Assembly: GCA_964566845.1 (NCBI GenBank)
Contig: CAZMJZ010000001.1
Coordinates: forward strand, 1 to 30,278
Source: an uncultured Dehalococcoidales bacterium
GTDB taxonomy: Bacteria; Chloroflexota; Dehalococcoidia; Dehalococcoidales; W498
Length of the DNA stretch: 30,278 nt
Reading direction: 5' to 3'
Shown here in pieces: positions 16,991 through 24,383 of this stretch. The translations under genes were made by a program, and so were the position numbers. The stretch's first letter is position 1, and every line of letters starts with the position of its first letter. Under the pieces are notes generated by a model that saw only the letters and a program-made list of their open reading frames with translations, did no database searches and was not told the DNA's origin.

Positions 16991-17109
16991 GACAACATAC
17001 AGCGAGGGTATTCATGCCCCCTCGAGATGATTGGATCCGAGGAAATACCTGCCCGGATAAACCAGCAAAGCGTTGGAATATCCCCAGGAGGTTCCAGCCC
17101 GTGGATAAC

Positions 17110-17224
17110 CAGTCTTTTCTAACCCGAAAATGAGCCTGAATAGATAATAACGGCTTTCTTTCTATCTCGCTACTTTTTTCACAGCAAATCATTTAACAAA
17201 CCTCGTGAATTTTGGAAGAGACTG
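17110..17224. mobile_element. Possible MITE/IS scar (about 115 bp)
   Basis: Ends CAGTCTTTTCTAA and (reverse complement) CAGTCTCTTCCAA match 11/13; the left half is repeated at 1-56; no TSD found. Confidence 0.45.
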
Positions 17225-17228
17225 AAGA

Positions 17229-17257
17229 TTGACAGTCGGTTGACAAGATGATACGAT
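17229..17257 (+). promoter_or_regulatory. Sigma70 promoter with extended -10
   Basis: TTGACA-N17-TACGAT with TG at 17249-17250. Confidence 0.65.
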
Positions 17258-17297
17258 TTGGCTCAGGGAGATAAGGACTAATAAGATTGGAGTGGGG

Positions 17298-17462
17298 ATG
17301 ATGAATGAGGAAGAAAAGGCAAAGCTAAAGAAAGAGCTGGAAAAGACCAAGGTCGAACCCGAAGAACTTCGTAAGCTTTCGTCAATTACAGTTTATAAGC
17401 TGGTGAAACGAAAGCAAGAAATCCAAGAAATACTTGCCGAAGTTGAAAAGGATTTAACGTAG
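17298..17462 (+). CDS. Small charged helical protein, 54 aa (below track cutoff)
   Basis: MMNEEEKAKLKKELEK...QEILAEVEKDLT; GGAG/GGGG RBS; lies between a promoter and the next ORF. Confidence 0.65.
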   Translation: MMNEEEKAKLKKELEKTKVEPEELRKLSSITVYKLVKRKQEIQEILAEVEKDLT

Positions 17463-17471
17463 GGGTGCACA

Positions 17472-17855
17472 ATGTCATCGCCTCGCTACGATAGAGTTAG
17501 GCGAGCGATAGCCCTTTATTCACAAGTTATTAAAGAAACCCTTAAAGAGCTACGCAACGCGTACATCATGGATATTATATTCATAGTCGTTGTTCCCGTT
17601 GGCATAAGTATCATAGCCTATTTATTCGCCAGCATTTCAGGTTTATTAGTGGTTCTTGGATTGGGTAGCATCAACGCCGCTGAGAAATTTGGTCGAGGAC
17701 AGACTATTCTAAAAAGCTATTTGGGCGACCGTTCTAGACTCAAGAAGAGTGCGAGAACATTGGAACTTGAAATTGAATTGTGTGACCCCTCGGATGACGT
17801 GTCTTTGCAGAACATTGAAAACAAATTGAAGGAATACCTCTCCTCTCTACCCTAG
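17472..17855 (+). CDS. Hypothetical 2-TM protein with helical flanks
   Basis: AGGGG RBS; central hydrophobic hairpin. Confidence 0.65.
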   Translation: MSSPRYDRVRRAIALYSQVIKETLKELRNAYIMDIIFIVVVPVGISIIAYLFASISGLLVVLGLGSINAAEKFGRGQTILKSYLGDRSRLKKSARTLELEIELCDPSDDVSLQNIENKLKEYLSSLP

Positions 17856-18339
17856 GTATGCCATATCTGTTTACCGCTTTTATTCTTCGTCTAACCTGAA
17901 GATTCAGCAGGCTTTTTGAAGTACTTATTATTTTTACTTTAATGCCTCGGGGTTTTGAATTTTCCTCGCTTTTGTTGGACCGTGGGGTGCCCATCCGCAC
18001 ATCTCTACGCTGACACAGACATTGAAGGCTATCCAGTGTTGCAGCAAGAATAATTCAAGGTTGTAGCCAATCGTGGGACTGGTGCCATGGTCGGCGGACA
18101 CTTAGTAACCCTGGCTAGCTGGCTCACTCTTATCTTTATGATTGTCAGATCAATGCTGGTGTGGTAGCACAGGTCTGTTTTAACAATAACTCAAAGGGCA
18201 CAGGCTGCCCACCACCTGCCATTGAGGCTCTATTGCTGACAACCCTAATCTATTAGTTGGTACAATTACCTGTGGCTGTCACCACATGACAACCTCCCTA
18301 CTCCAAATTCCAAGCCTATAAAGCAATATCTATCGTTTA

Positions 18340-18355
18340 TGGCGCACCCAGGGGG
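18340..18355 (-). other. Candidate att scar: isolated tRNA 3' end (Arg-like)
   Basis: Minus strand reads CCCCC-TGGGTGC-G-CCA (T-stem strand, acceptor strand, discriminator, CCA); no 5' tRNA half. Confidence 0.45.
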
Positions 18356-18457
18356 GTAATCCTCTAAGGATATTATATGATAAATAATCTTGAGAATTAG
18401 GGCGGTAAATTACCTTGAGAATTTTGCGCTAAAAGTGGTTATTTACCGTGAAAATTG

Positions 18458-19597
18458 TCACCTAGTAAACCAGGTGAACAGACTAGTTCCCGCGAGTACC
18501 ACAACGGCTGCGAAATAGAATACCGAGTTAACATTCAACAAATCGGCTATTACCCCACCTAAAAGTGGTCCTACAGCCATACCTATACTCATTGCCAAGG
18601 TAAACATGGCAAAAGTCGAGCCCATGCCGAATTTTTTGCCTTCATTTACTATCAGGGCTGAGGCGGCTGGTATGGAAATGGCACCACTAAGACCACCGAC
18701 GGCACACAGCCCTAATAGCTGCCAGAAGTTATGCGCTAGAGGAATCAAAGCCAAGAAGGTGAAGTTGATAAGGTTGCCCGTAATAACCAGCACCCTCCTG
18801 TTGAATCTATCAGCGATCTTGCCTGAGAGAGGCTGAAATAGTGCCATCAGCAGGATATTAACTGCCAGCAGGACTCCTATAAGAGCCGGGCTCAAGCCAA
18901 TACATATAGCTGCCAAAATAGGTAGGAAGGTAGCAAAGGCTCCCCTTCCCAGGGAAAAGGATAATCGGTAGCTAAGAATACCCTTGATTATGCCGCTGGT
19001 ACTCATCTTCTTAAAGGACAGACGATGGCTTATTGCTGTTTTCCTCTGTTTAACTTCAGGGAGAGAAAAAGCAACTATCAGAAAAGCCAGTAAATTAAGA
19101 GCGCCCATGGTGGAGAAGGCAACAGTCATCCCAAATTGCTTAGTTAGTGCCCCACCCATTAAAGGACCAAAGCCAAAACCAGCGAAAAAGGCAGCATGGA
19201 AGTAGCCCATCCAGGTTCCCTCTTCACCCTCTGGGGAGATATCGCCTACGTAAGCCTGAGCAATAGGTATAATCATACCGGCAGCAGCACCATGCAGTAG
19301 ACGGACTAGTGTTAGCTGAGATACACTACCTGCCCATATATAGCCAAGCGAAAGGATAGAATAGAAAAGAAGCCCAATGCATATGAACAGCTTCCGACCA
19401 CTGCGATCGGAGAGCCTGCCGACAATAGGTAAAAATATAGCTCGGGAGATAGAGAAGCTAGCAAAGATTACACCTAGCCAAATTCCATTAGCTCCCAGGC
19501 TATCGGCATAAAGTGGTAAAAGTGGAGATATTATTCCAACCCCTAGCATAGAGGAAAAAATGGAAAGAGCCAGAATGGGGAAAACCCTTTTTATCAT
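18458..19597 (-). CDS. MFS transporter (DHA1/TetA-like)
   Basis: Motif A GRLSDRSGRK and its repeat GKIADRFNRR; about 12 TM; start reassigned to MIKRVF. Confidence 0.92.
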   Translation of the reverse strand: MIKRVFPILALSIFSSMLGVGIISPLLPLYADSLGANGIWLGVIFASFSISRAIFLPIVGRLSDRSGRKLFICIGLLFYSILSLGYIWAGSVSQLTLVRLLHGAAAGMIIPIAQAYVGDISPEGEEGTWMGYFHAAFFAGFGFGPLMGGALTKQFGMTVAFSTMGALNLLAFLIVAFSLPEVKQRKTAISHRLSFKKMSTSGIIKGILSYRLSFSLGRGAFATFLPILAAICIGLSPALIGVLLAVNILLMALFQPLSGKIADRFNRRVLVITGNLINFTFLALIPLAHNFWQLLGLCAVGGLSGAISIPAASALIVNEGKKFGMGSTFAMFTLAMSIGMAVGPLLGGVIADLLNVNSVFYFAAVVVLAGTSLFTWFTR

Positions 19598-19652
19598 GTG
19601 GACATCTAAAGCATTATAGCGCCTTACCAATGAACCTAGCAACTTAAAGTAA

Positions 19653-19681
19653 TTGCACTTATAGCTTGTGGCTGGTATAAT
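19653..19681 (+). promoter_or_regulatory. thrS promoter
   Basis: TTGCAC-N17-TATAAT with extended TG. Confidence 0.7.
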
Positions 19682-19721
19682 CAAGAGGTTTCTATTTAGT
19701 AAGCCGGAAGGGATTCCAATA

Positions 19722-21473
19722 GTGGTTTCTAGCAAAGGACAAGTCGAACCTAACGGTAAAAAGTTAGAGATAATGCGGCACTCAACAGCTCATGTCATGG
19801 CAGAGGCAGTTCAGTCCATCTTTCCTCAGGCTAAGTTTGGCATTGGTCCGACTATCGAAAATGGCTTTTATTATGATTTTGATTTGCCTCGCTCATTGAC
19901 TCCCGATGATTTACCACTTATTGAGACGAAAATGAAGGAGATAATCGCCTCGGATGTGCCTTTTATTAGACAGGAAGTAACGAAGGAAGAGGCTCGCCGA
20001 CTGTTTGCCGCTCAGCCCTACAAACTGGAATTGATTGATGATATTGCGGATGAGAAGGTAAGCTTGTATCAACAAGGCTCTTTTATTGATTTATGCCGAG
20101 GTCCTCATGTAAATTCTACCGGTGAAATCAAGACTTTTAAACTGGTTAGCATTGCTGGAGCCTACTGGCGGGGTGATGAGCACCGCCCTATGTTACAGCG
20201 GATATATGGTGTTGCTTTTGACAACAAAGAGACTTTAGACGAACACCTAAAAAGACTGGATGAGGCGTCAAAGCGTGACCACAGGAAATTAGGTAGGGAA
20301 CTAGACCTATTTAGTATCCGTGATGAAGCTGGACCAGGGCTGGTTCATTGGCACCCTAAGGGAGCAATAATACGCCATGTTATTGAGAACTTCTTAACAG
20401 ATGAACTTTTTAAGCGGGGCTATGATATTGTATATACCCCTCATATTGCCAAATTGGATTTATGGAAAACCAGCGGTCATTGGGAATTTTATCATGATTA
20501 TTTATATAGCCCTATGGAGGTTGAGGGGCAGGAGTACATTATTAAACCAATGAATTGCTTGGGTCACATCCTAATTTATAAAACAAGGCTGCATAGCTAC
20601 CGGGAGCTGCCACTGCGTTACGCTGAATTTGGCACTGTTTATCGCTATGAGCGCTCTGGAGTATTGCATGGTCTATCAAGAGTCAGAGGCTTCACCCAGG
20701 ATGATGCCCATATTTTTTGCCGCTTTGCCCAGTTAGAAGATGAAGTAGTAGGGGTATTAGATTTGGCTCGCTTTATGATAGACACCTTTGGTTTTAATAA
20801 TTACCAAGTATTTCTTTCTACCCGACCCGATAAATATGCCGGCACCATCCAGGTCTGGGAAGAGGCGACACAGACTTTAAGCCAGGCTCTGGCTAGGATA
20901 GGGCTTGACTATCAAATAGATCCGGGAGAGGGTGTATTTTACGGACCTAAAATAGATATTAAGTTCGAGGACGCTCAGGGAAGAGCATGGCAGGGTCCAA
21001 CGATTCAGGTTGATTTTAATCTTCCCCAACGCTTCAATGTTACCTATATTGGTGAAGATAACCAAGAACACTTGGTGGCGATGATACATCGTACCCTTCT
21101 CGGTAGTATGGAACGGTTTGTGGCTTCGCTTACTGAACACTATGGAGGCGCCTTCCCAGTATGGCTAGCGCCTATTCAGGTTAAGGTGATTCCAGTGGCT
21201 GACCGTCACCTAGACTATGCTCGTAAGCTAGAGGCTGAACTTAAGAGTGAGTGGGTACGCGCCGAGGTTGATACTCGGTCAGAGAGAGTGAACCTTAAAA
21301 TTCGGCAGGCGCAACTTGATAAAATACCGTATATGCTTATAGTGGGTAATAAAGAGGTAGCTACTTCCACCGTTTCCGTCCGTTTGCGTAGCGGGGAGCA
21401 ACTGGCTTCTCAAGCACTTGATAGCTTTAAAGAAATTGTCAAACAAGCCATAGCAAATAAGGCAAGAGACTAA
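19722..21473 (+). CDS. thrS: Threonine--tRNA ligase (no TGS domain)
   Basis: MRHSTAHV, DLCRGPH, RDHRKLG, KPMNC, RYERSG and FYGPKID motifs; the track's GTG 19668 is upstream of the -10 box, so GTG 19722 is preferred. Confidence 0.96.
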   Translation: MVSSKGQVEPNGKKLEIMRHSTAHVMAEAVQSIFPQAKFGIGPTIENGFYYDFDLPRSLTPDDLPLIETKMKEIIASDVPFIRQEVTKEEARRLFAAQPYKLELIDDIADEKVSLYQQGSFIDLCRGPHVNSTGEIKTFKLVSIAGAYWRGDEHRPMLQRIYGVAFDNKETLDEHLKRLDEASKRDHRKLGRELDLFSIRDEAGPGLVHWHPKGAIIRHVIENFLTDELFKRGYDIVYTPHIAKLDLWKTSGHWEFYHDYLYSPMEVEGQEYIIKPMNCLGHILIYKTRLHSYRELPLRYAEFGTVYRYERSGVLHGLSRVRGFTQDDAHIFCRFAQLEDEVVGVLDLARFMIDTFGFNNYQVFLSTRPDKYAGTIQVWEEATQTLSQALARIGLDYQIDPGEGVFYGPKIDIKFEDAQGRAWQGPTIQVDFNLPQRFNVTYIGEDNQEHLVAMIHRTLLGSMERFVASLTEHYGGAFPVWLAPIQVKVIPVADRHLDYARKLEAELKSEWVRAEVDTRSERVNLKIRQAQLDKIPYMLIVGNKEVATSTVSVRLRSGEQLASQALDSFKEIVKQAIANKARD

Positions 21474-21492
21474 AGGTTATAGCCTCTATAGG

Positions 21493-21521
21493 TTGATTAG
21501 CCTAAGAAAATATGCTATAGT
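21493..21521 (+). promoter_or_regulatory. infC operon promoter
   Basis: TTGATT-N17-TATAGT with extended TG. Confidence 0.65.
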
Positions 21522-21565
21522 CAATTTTCGTAAGGTAATCGTGTTTGGAGGAGGTAAATAGGGAC

Positions 21566-22111
21566 ATAATTAAGAAGCTGCGTGTCAACGAAAGGATTAA
21601 AGCCAGAGAGGTTCGCCTCGTAGGGGAGAAGGGGGAGCAGTTAGGGGTTATGCCCTTATACCAAGCACTGGAGATAGCCAGAAAGCAAAACTTCGACCTG
21701 GTTGAGGTTGCCCCTAATGCAGTGCCTTCGGTGTGCCGTCTCCTTGACTATGGGAAATATAAATATGAGCAAGCGAAGAAGGAGCGTGAAGCGAGAAAAG
21801 GCCAAAAGATTGCTCTGCTGCGGGAGGTTAGGTTGCGACCTAAAATTGGTGACCATGATTTTGAGGCTAAGGCTAGGTTAGTCAGTAAACTGCTGACCGG
21901 TGGGGACAAGGTTAAAGTATCAATATTATTTAGAGGGCGTGAAGTCACCCACCCCGAGATCGGCTGGAAGTTGCTACAAAGGATGGCAGAGTCAGTAAAA
22001 GAATCAGCTTCTGCTGATGGGCAACCATTGATGGAGAGAAATAGGATGTTTATAATCCTGTCTACAGTAGCTCAAAAAAATAAAGTAAAGGAAGAAGTAA
22101 GGGAATCTTAG
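21566..22111 (+). CDS. infC: Translation initiation factor IF-3; likely ATA/ATT start
   Basis: RVNERI, DLVEVAPNA, DYGKYKYE and LRPKIGDHD motifs; the track's TTG 21545 overlaps the GGAGGAGG SD. Confidence 0.94.
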   Translation: MIKKLRVNERIKAREVRLVGEKGEQLGVMPLYQALEIARKQNFDLVEVAPNAVPSVCRLLDYGKYKYEQAKKEREARKGQKIALLREVRLRPKIGDHDFEAKARLVSKLLTGGDKVKVSILFRGREVTHPEIGWKLLQRMAESVKESASADGQPLMERNRMFIILSTVAQKNKVKEEVRES

Positions 22112-22312
22112 ATGCCAAAAATTAAAACTCATAAAGGGGCACAGAGACGCTTCCATATTACAGGCAGCGGTAAAATTATGCGAACAAAGGGTGGGAAAAG
22201 CCATTTGCGCCGCCGAAAAGCAAAGCGAGCTAAACGCCTTTATGATGAGACAATACCGGTAAGTTCCAGTGACAAGGCTCGGATAAAAAGACTCTTACCC
22301 TACGGGGTGTAG
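22112..22312 (+). CDS. rpmI: 50S ribosomal protein L35
   Basis: [14 protein letters not shown]...SHLRRRK. Confidence 0.97.
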   Translation: MPKIKTHKGAQRRFHITGSGKIMRTKGGKSHLRRRKAKRAKRLYDETIPVSSSDKARIKRLLPYGV

Positions 22313-22325
22313 TAGGAGGGATATT

Positions 22326-22685
22326 TTGCCACGAGTAAAGAGGGGTGTAACCGCACACAAGCGACATAAGAAAGTGCTAGCCCTGACCAAGGGGCATAGG
22401 GCGACCAGACACTCGCTTTATCGCCGGGCCCATGAATCTATGCTTAAGTCGCTAAGCTATGCTTATGCACACCGCCGAGAGCGAAAGGGTGATATGAGGC
22501 GACTGTGGATTTTACGGGTTAATGCGGCTAGTAGAGCTCTGGGTCTAACCTATAGTCAGTTCATAGATGGCTTAAAAAAGTCAGGGGTTGAAATCAACCG
22601 CAAGATGCTGGCTGATATGGCAGTCAGGGAGCCCGAATCTTTTGCCAATCTGGTAACCATAGCTAAAGGCAAGCTCCAAGACTAG
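22326..22685 (+). CDS. rplT: 50S ribosomal protein L20
   Basis: MPRVKRGV...[11 protein letters not shown]...[10 protein letters not shown]. Confidence 0.97.
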   Translation: MPRVKRGVTAHKRHKKVLALTKGHRATRHSLYRRAHESMLKSLSYAYAHRRERKGDMRRLWILRVNAASRALGLTYSQFIDGLKKSGVEINRKMLADMAVREPESFANLVTIAKGKLQD

Positions 22686-22711
22686 AAGATTACATTAAGG
22701 GTGGAAATCCA

Positions 22712-23155
22712 ATGAAAAAATACCCTATTCTTATTATTGCTATTATCATAACATCACTTTTACTGGCTATGCCGCTCGCTGGCTGTGAGGGAGAGGTGAG
22801 CTTCACTACAGCCTCTCTAAGTGAGGCGACTATGTGCCAAAGTGTGGACAAGGACATGCGACCAGTTAATGCTATCAGTGTTTTTAACGCTGATACTCCT
22901 AAAATCTTCTGCTCGGTTAAACTATCCAACGCTCCTCCTGATACTGAAATAAAGGCAGAGTGGATATATATAGAGGGGGAAGTGGAAGACTTGAATAATT
23001 TTATGATTGATGATTGGAGTGCGACCACTGAAGGAACTCATTATATTTCTACATCAATGACCCGTCCTTATGATGGATGGCCGAGGGGAGAATATAACAT
23101 AGTCCTATATGTAGATGGCGAAGAAAAGTTGAGTGTGCCCTTTACAGTAAAATAG
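22712..23155 (+). CDS. Predicted lipoprotein, beta-sandwich/Ig-like
   Basis: Signal peptide with lipobox LAGC; alternating beta pattern ending WPRGEYNIVLYVDG. Confidence 0.8.
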   Translation: MKKYPILIIAIIITSLLLAMPLAGCEGEVSFTTASLSEATMCQSVDKDMRPVNAISVFNADTPKIFCSVKLSNAPPDTEIKAEWIYIEGEVEDLNNFMIDDWSATTEGTHYISTSMTRPYDGWPRGEYNIVLYVDGEEKLSVPFTVK

Positions 23156-23251
23156 TCAAGTTATATATGCAGGTTAATTTTATAAGCTATAGTTATTTAT
23201 TTTGGTGATCTTTTGTTGTTTGTAACCTACAATAAGAACAGCTATGAAGTG

Positions 23252-23290
23252 AGTGCGGCGTTACAGTTACCAGTAGCCGCACTTTATTTT
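23252..23290 (+). terminator. Terminator/attenuator-like hairpin upstream of pheS
   Basis: AGTGCGGC / GCCGCACT 8-bp stem followed by TTATTTT. Confidence 0.5.
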
Positions 23291-23338
23291 AGCAGTAAGA
23301 GCGTGAATCTGCCTTTAAACTAGAGTTCAAGGTTAGAA

Positions 23339-24379
23339 ATGTTAAAACAGCTAGAAGAAATGGAATCAAGTGCGCTACGAGAGTTAGAAGACATCAACCG
23401 TATTAAGGGGTTGGAATCATGGCAGGTTCGTTATTTAGGTAAGAAGAGCGAGCTAACAAATATTCTGCGTAGCTTAACCACAATACCACTTGACGAGAGG
23501 AAGACCGTTGGCGCTTATGCCAATAAGGTTAAGGTCAATCTAGAGAATAGCTTAGGGGAAAAAAGGCAAACTCTTCGTGAGGCAGAACTAGCAGTATCGG
23601 CCAAAGGTGAGGTTATTGATATCACCCTACCTAGTCGTCCCTTTCCAGTAGGTCATTTACATCCTATCACTCAAACGCTATATGAAATATGCGATATATT
23701 TGTCTCTATGGGCTTTCAAGTAGTTGAAGGACCGGAGGCAGAGTGGGACTATTATAATTTTGAGGCACTCAATATTCCCGAGGAACACCCGGCTCGTGAT
23801 ACAATGTCAACATCCTGGATTGATTTTGAGACCGAGAGCGGTGAAAGACCTATGCTTCTGCGTACCCACACTACTTCAGTAACGGCTAGGATTATCGAGA
23901 CTATGCAGCCCCCAATAAGAGTAGTTGAGCCAGGCAAGGTTTATCGCTATGAGGCTAGTGATGCTACCCACACCCCTATGTTCTATCAAATTGATGGTTT
24001 TGCTGTAGATAGGGGCATTACTATGGCTGATCTGAAGGGGACGCTTTATGAATTTGCTCGTCGTTTCTTTGGCGAGGACAGGAAGGTGCGCTTCCGCTGC
24101 GACTACTTCCCATTTGTTGAGCCTGGCGTTGAGATGGCTATAGAGTGTTCAGTCTGTAGAGGTGCCGGCTGCCGTTTATGTGGGAATTCAGGCTGGATTG
24201 AAATATTAGGTGCGGGGATGACACATCCGCAGGTGCTGGAGCGCGGCGGTCTTGACCCTGAGATTTATACCAGCTTTGCCTTCGGTATGGGTATTGACCG
24301 TCTGCCTATGCTTCGCTATGGGATTGATGATATCAGACTACTCTACAACAGTGACCTCAGGTTTTTAAGGCAGTTCTGA
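23339..24379 (+). CDS. pheS: Phenylalanine--tRNA ligase alpha subunit
   Basis: GHLHP, HPARD, LLRTHT, FPFVEP and GWIEILGAG motifs. Confidence 0.97.
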   Translation: MLKQLEEMESSALRELEDINRIKGLESWQVRYLGKKSELTNILRSLTTIPLDERKTVGAYANKVKVNLENSLGEKRQTLREAELAVSAKGEVIDITLPSRPFPVGHLHPITQTLYEICDIFVSMGFQVVEGPEAEWDYYNFEALNIPEEHPARDTMSTSWIDFETESGERPMLLRTHTTSVTARIIETMQPPIRVVEPGKVYRYEASDATHTPMFYQIDGFAVDRGITMADLKGTLYEFARRFFGEDRKVRFRCDYFPFVEPGVEMAIECSVCRGAGCRLCGNSGWIEILGAGMTHPQVLERGGLDPEIYTSFAFGMGIDRLPMLRYGIDDIRLLYNSDLRFLRQF

Positions 24380-24383
24380 TAAG

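Noticed and set aside
17070-17122. GISPGGSSPWITSLF resembling reverse-transcriptase GxPQG..SP
   Set aside because: Lacks the QG, has no YADD motif, and is only a few residues long.
17856-18330. Coding remnant downstream of the 2-TM gene
   Set aside because: Short open frames on both strands with no motif I recognise.
18458-19735. 425-aa MFS with a long N-terminus
   Set aside because: The extension overlaps the thrS promoter and 5' end; TM1 starts at MIKRVF (19597).
22698-22711. AAGGGTGGAAATCC as a T-box
   Set aside because: No stem I/specifier or terminator; it serves as the RBS region of the lipoprotein gene.
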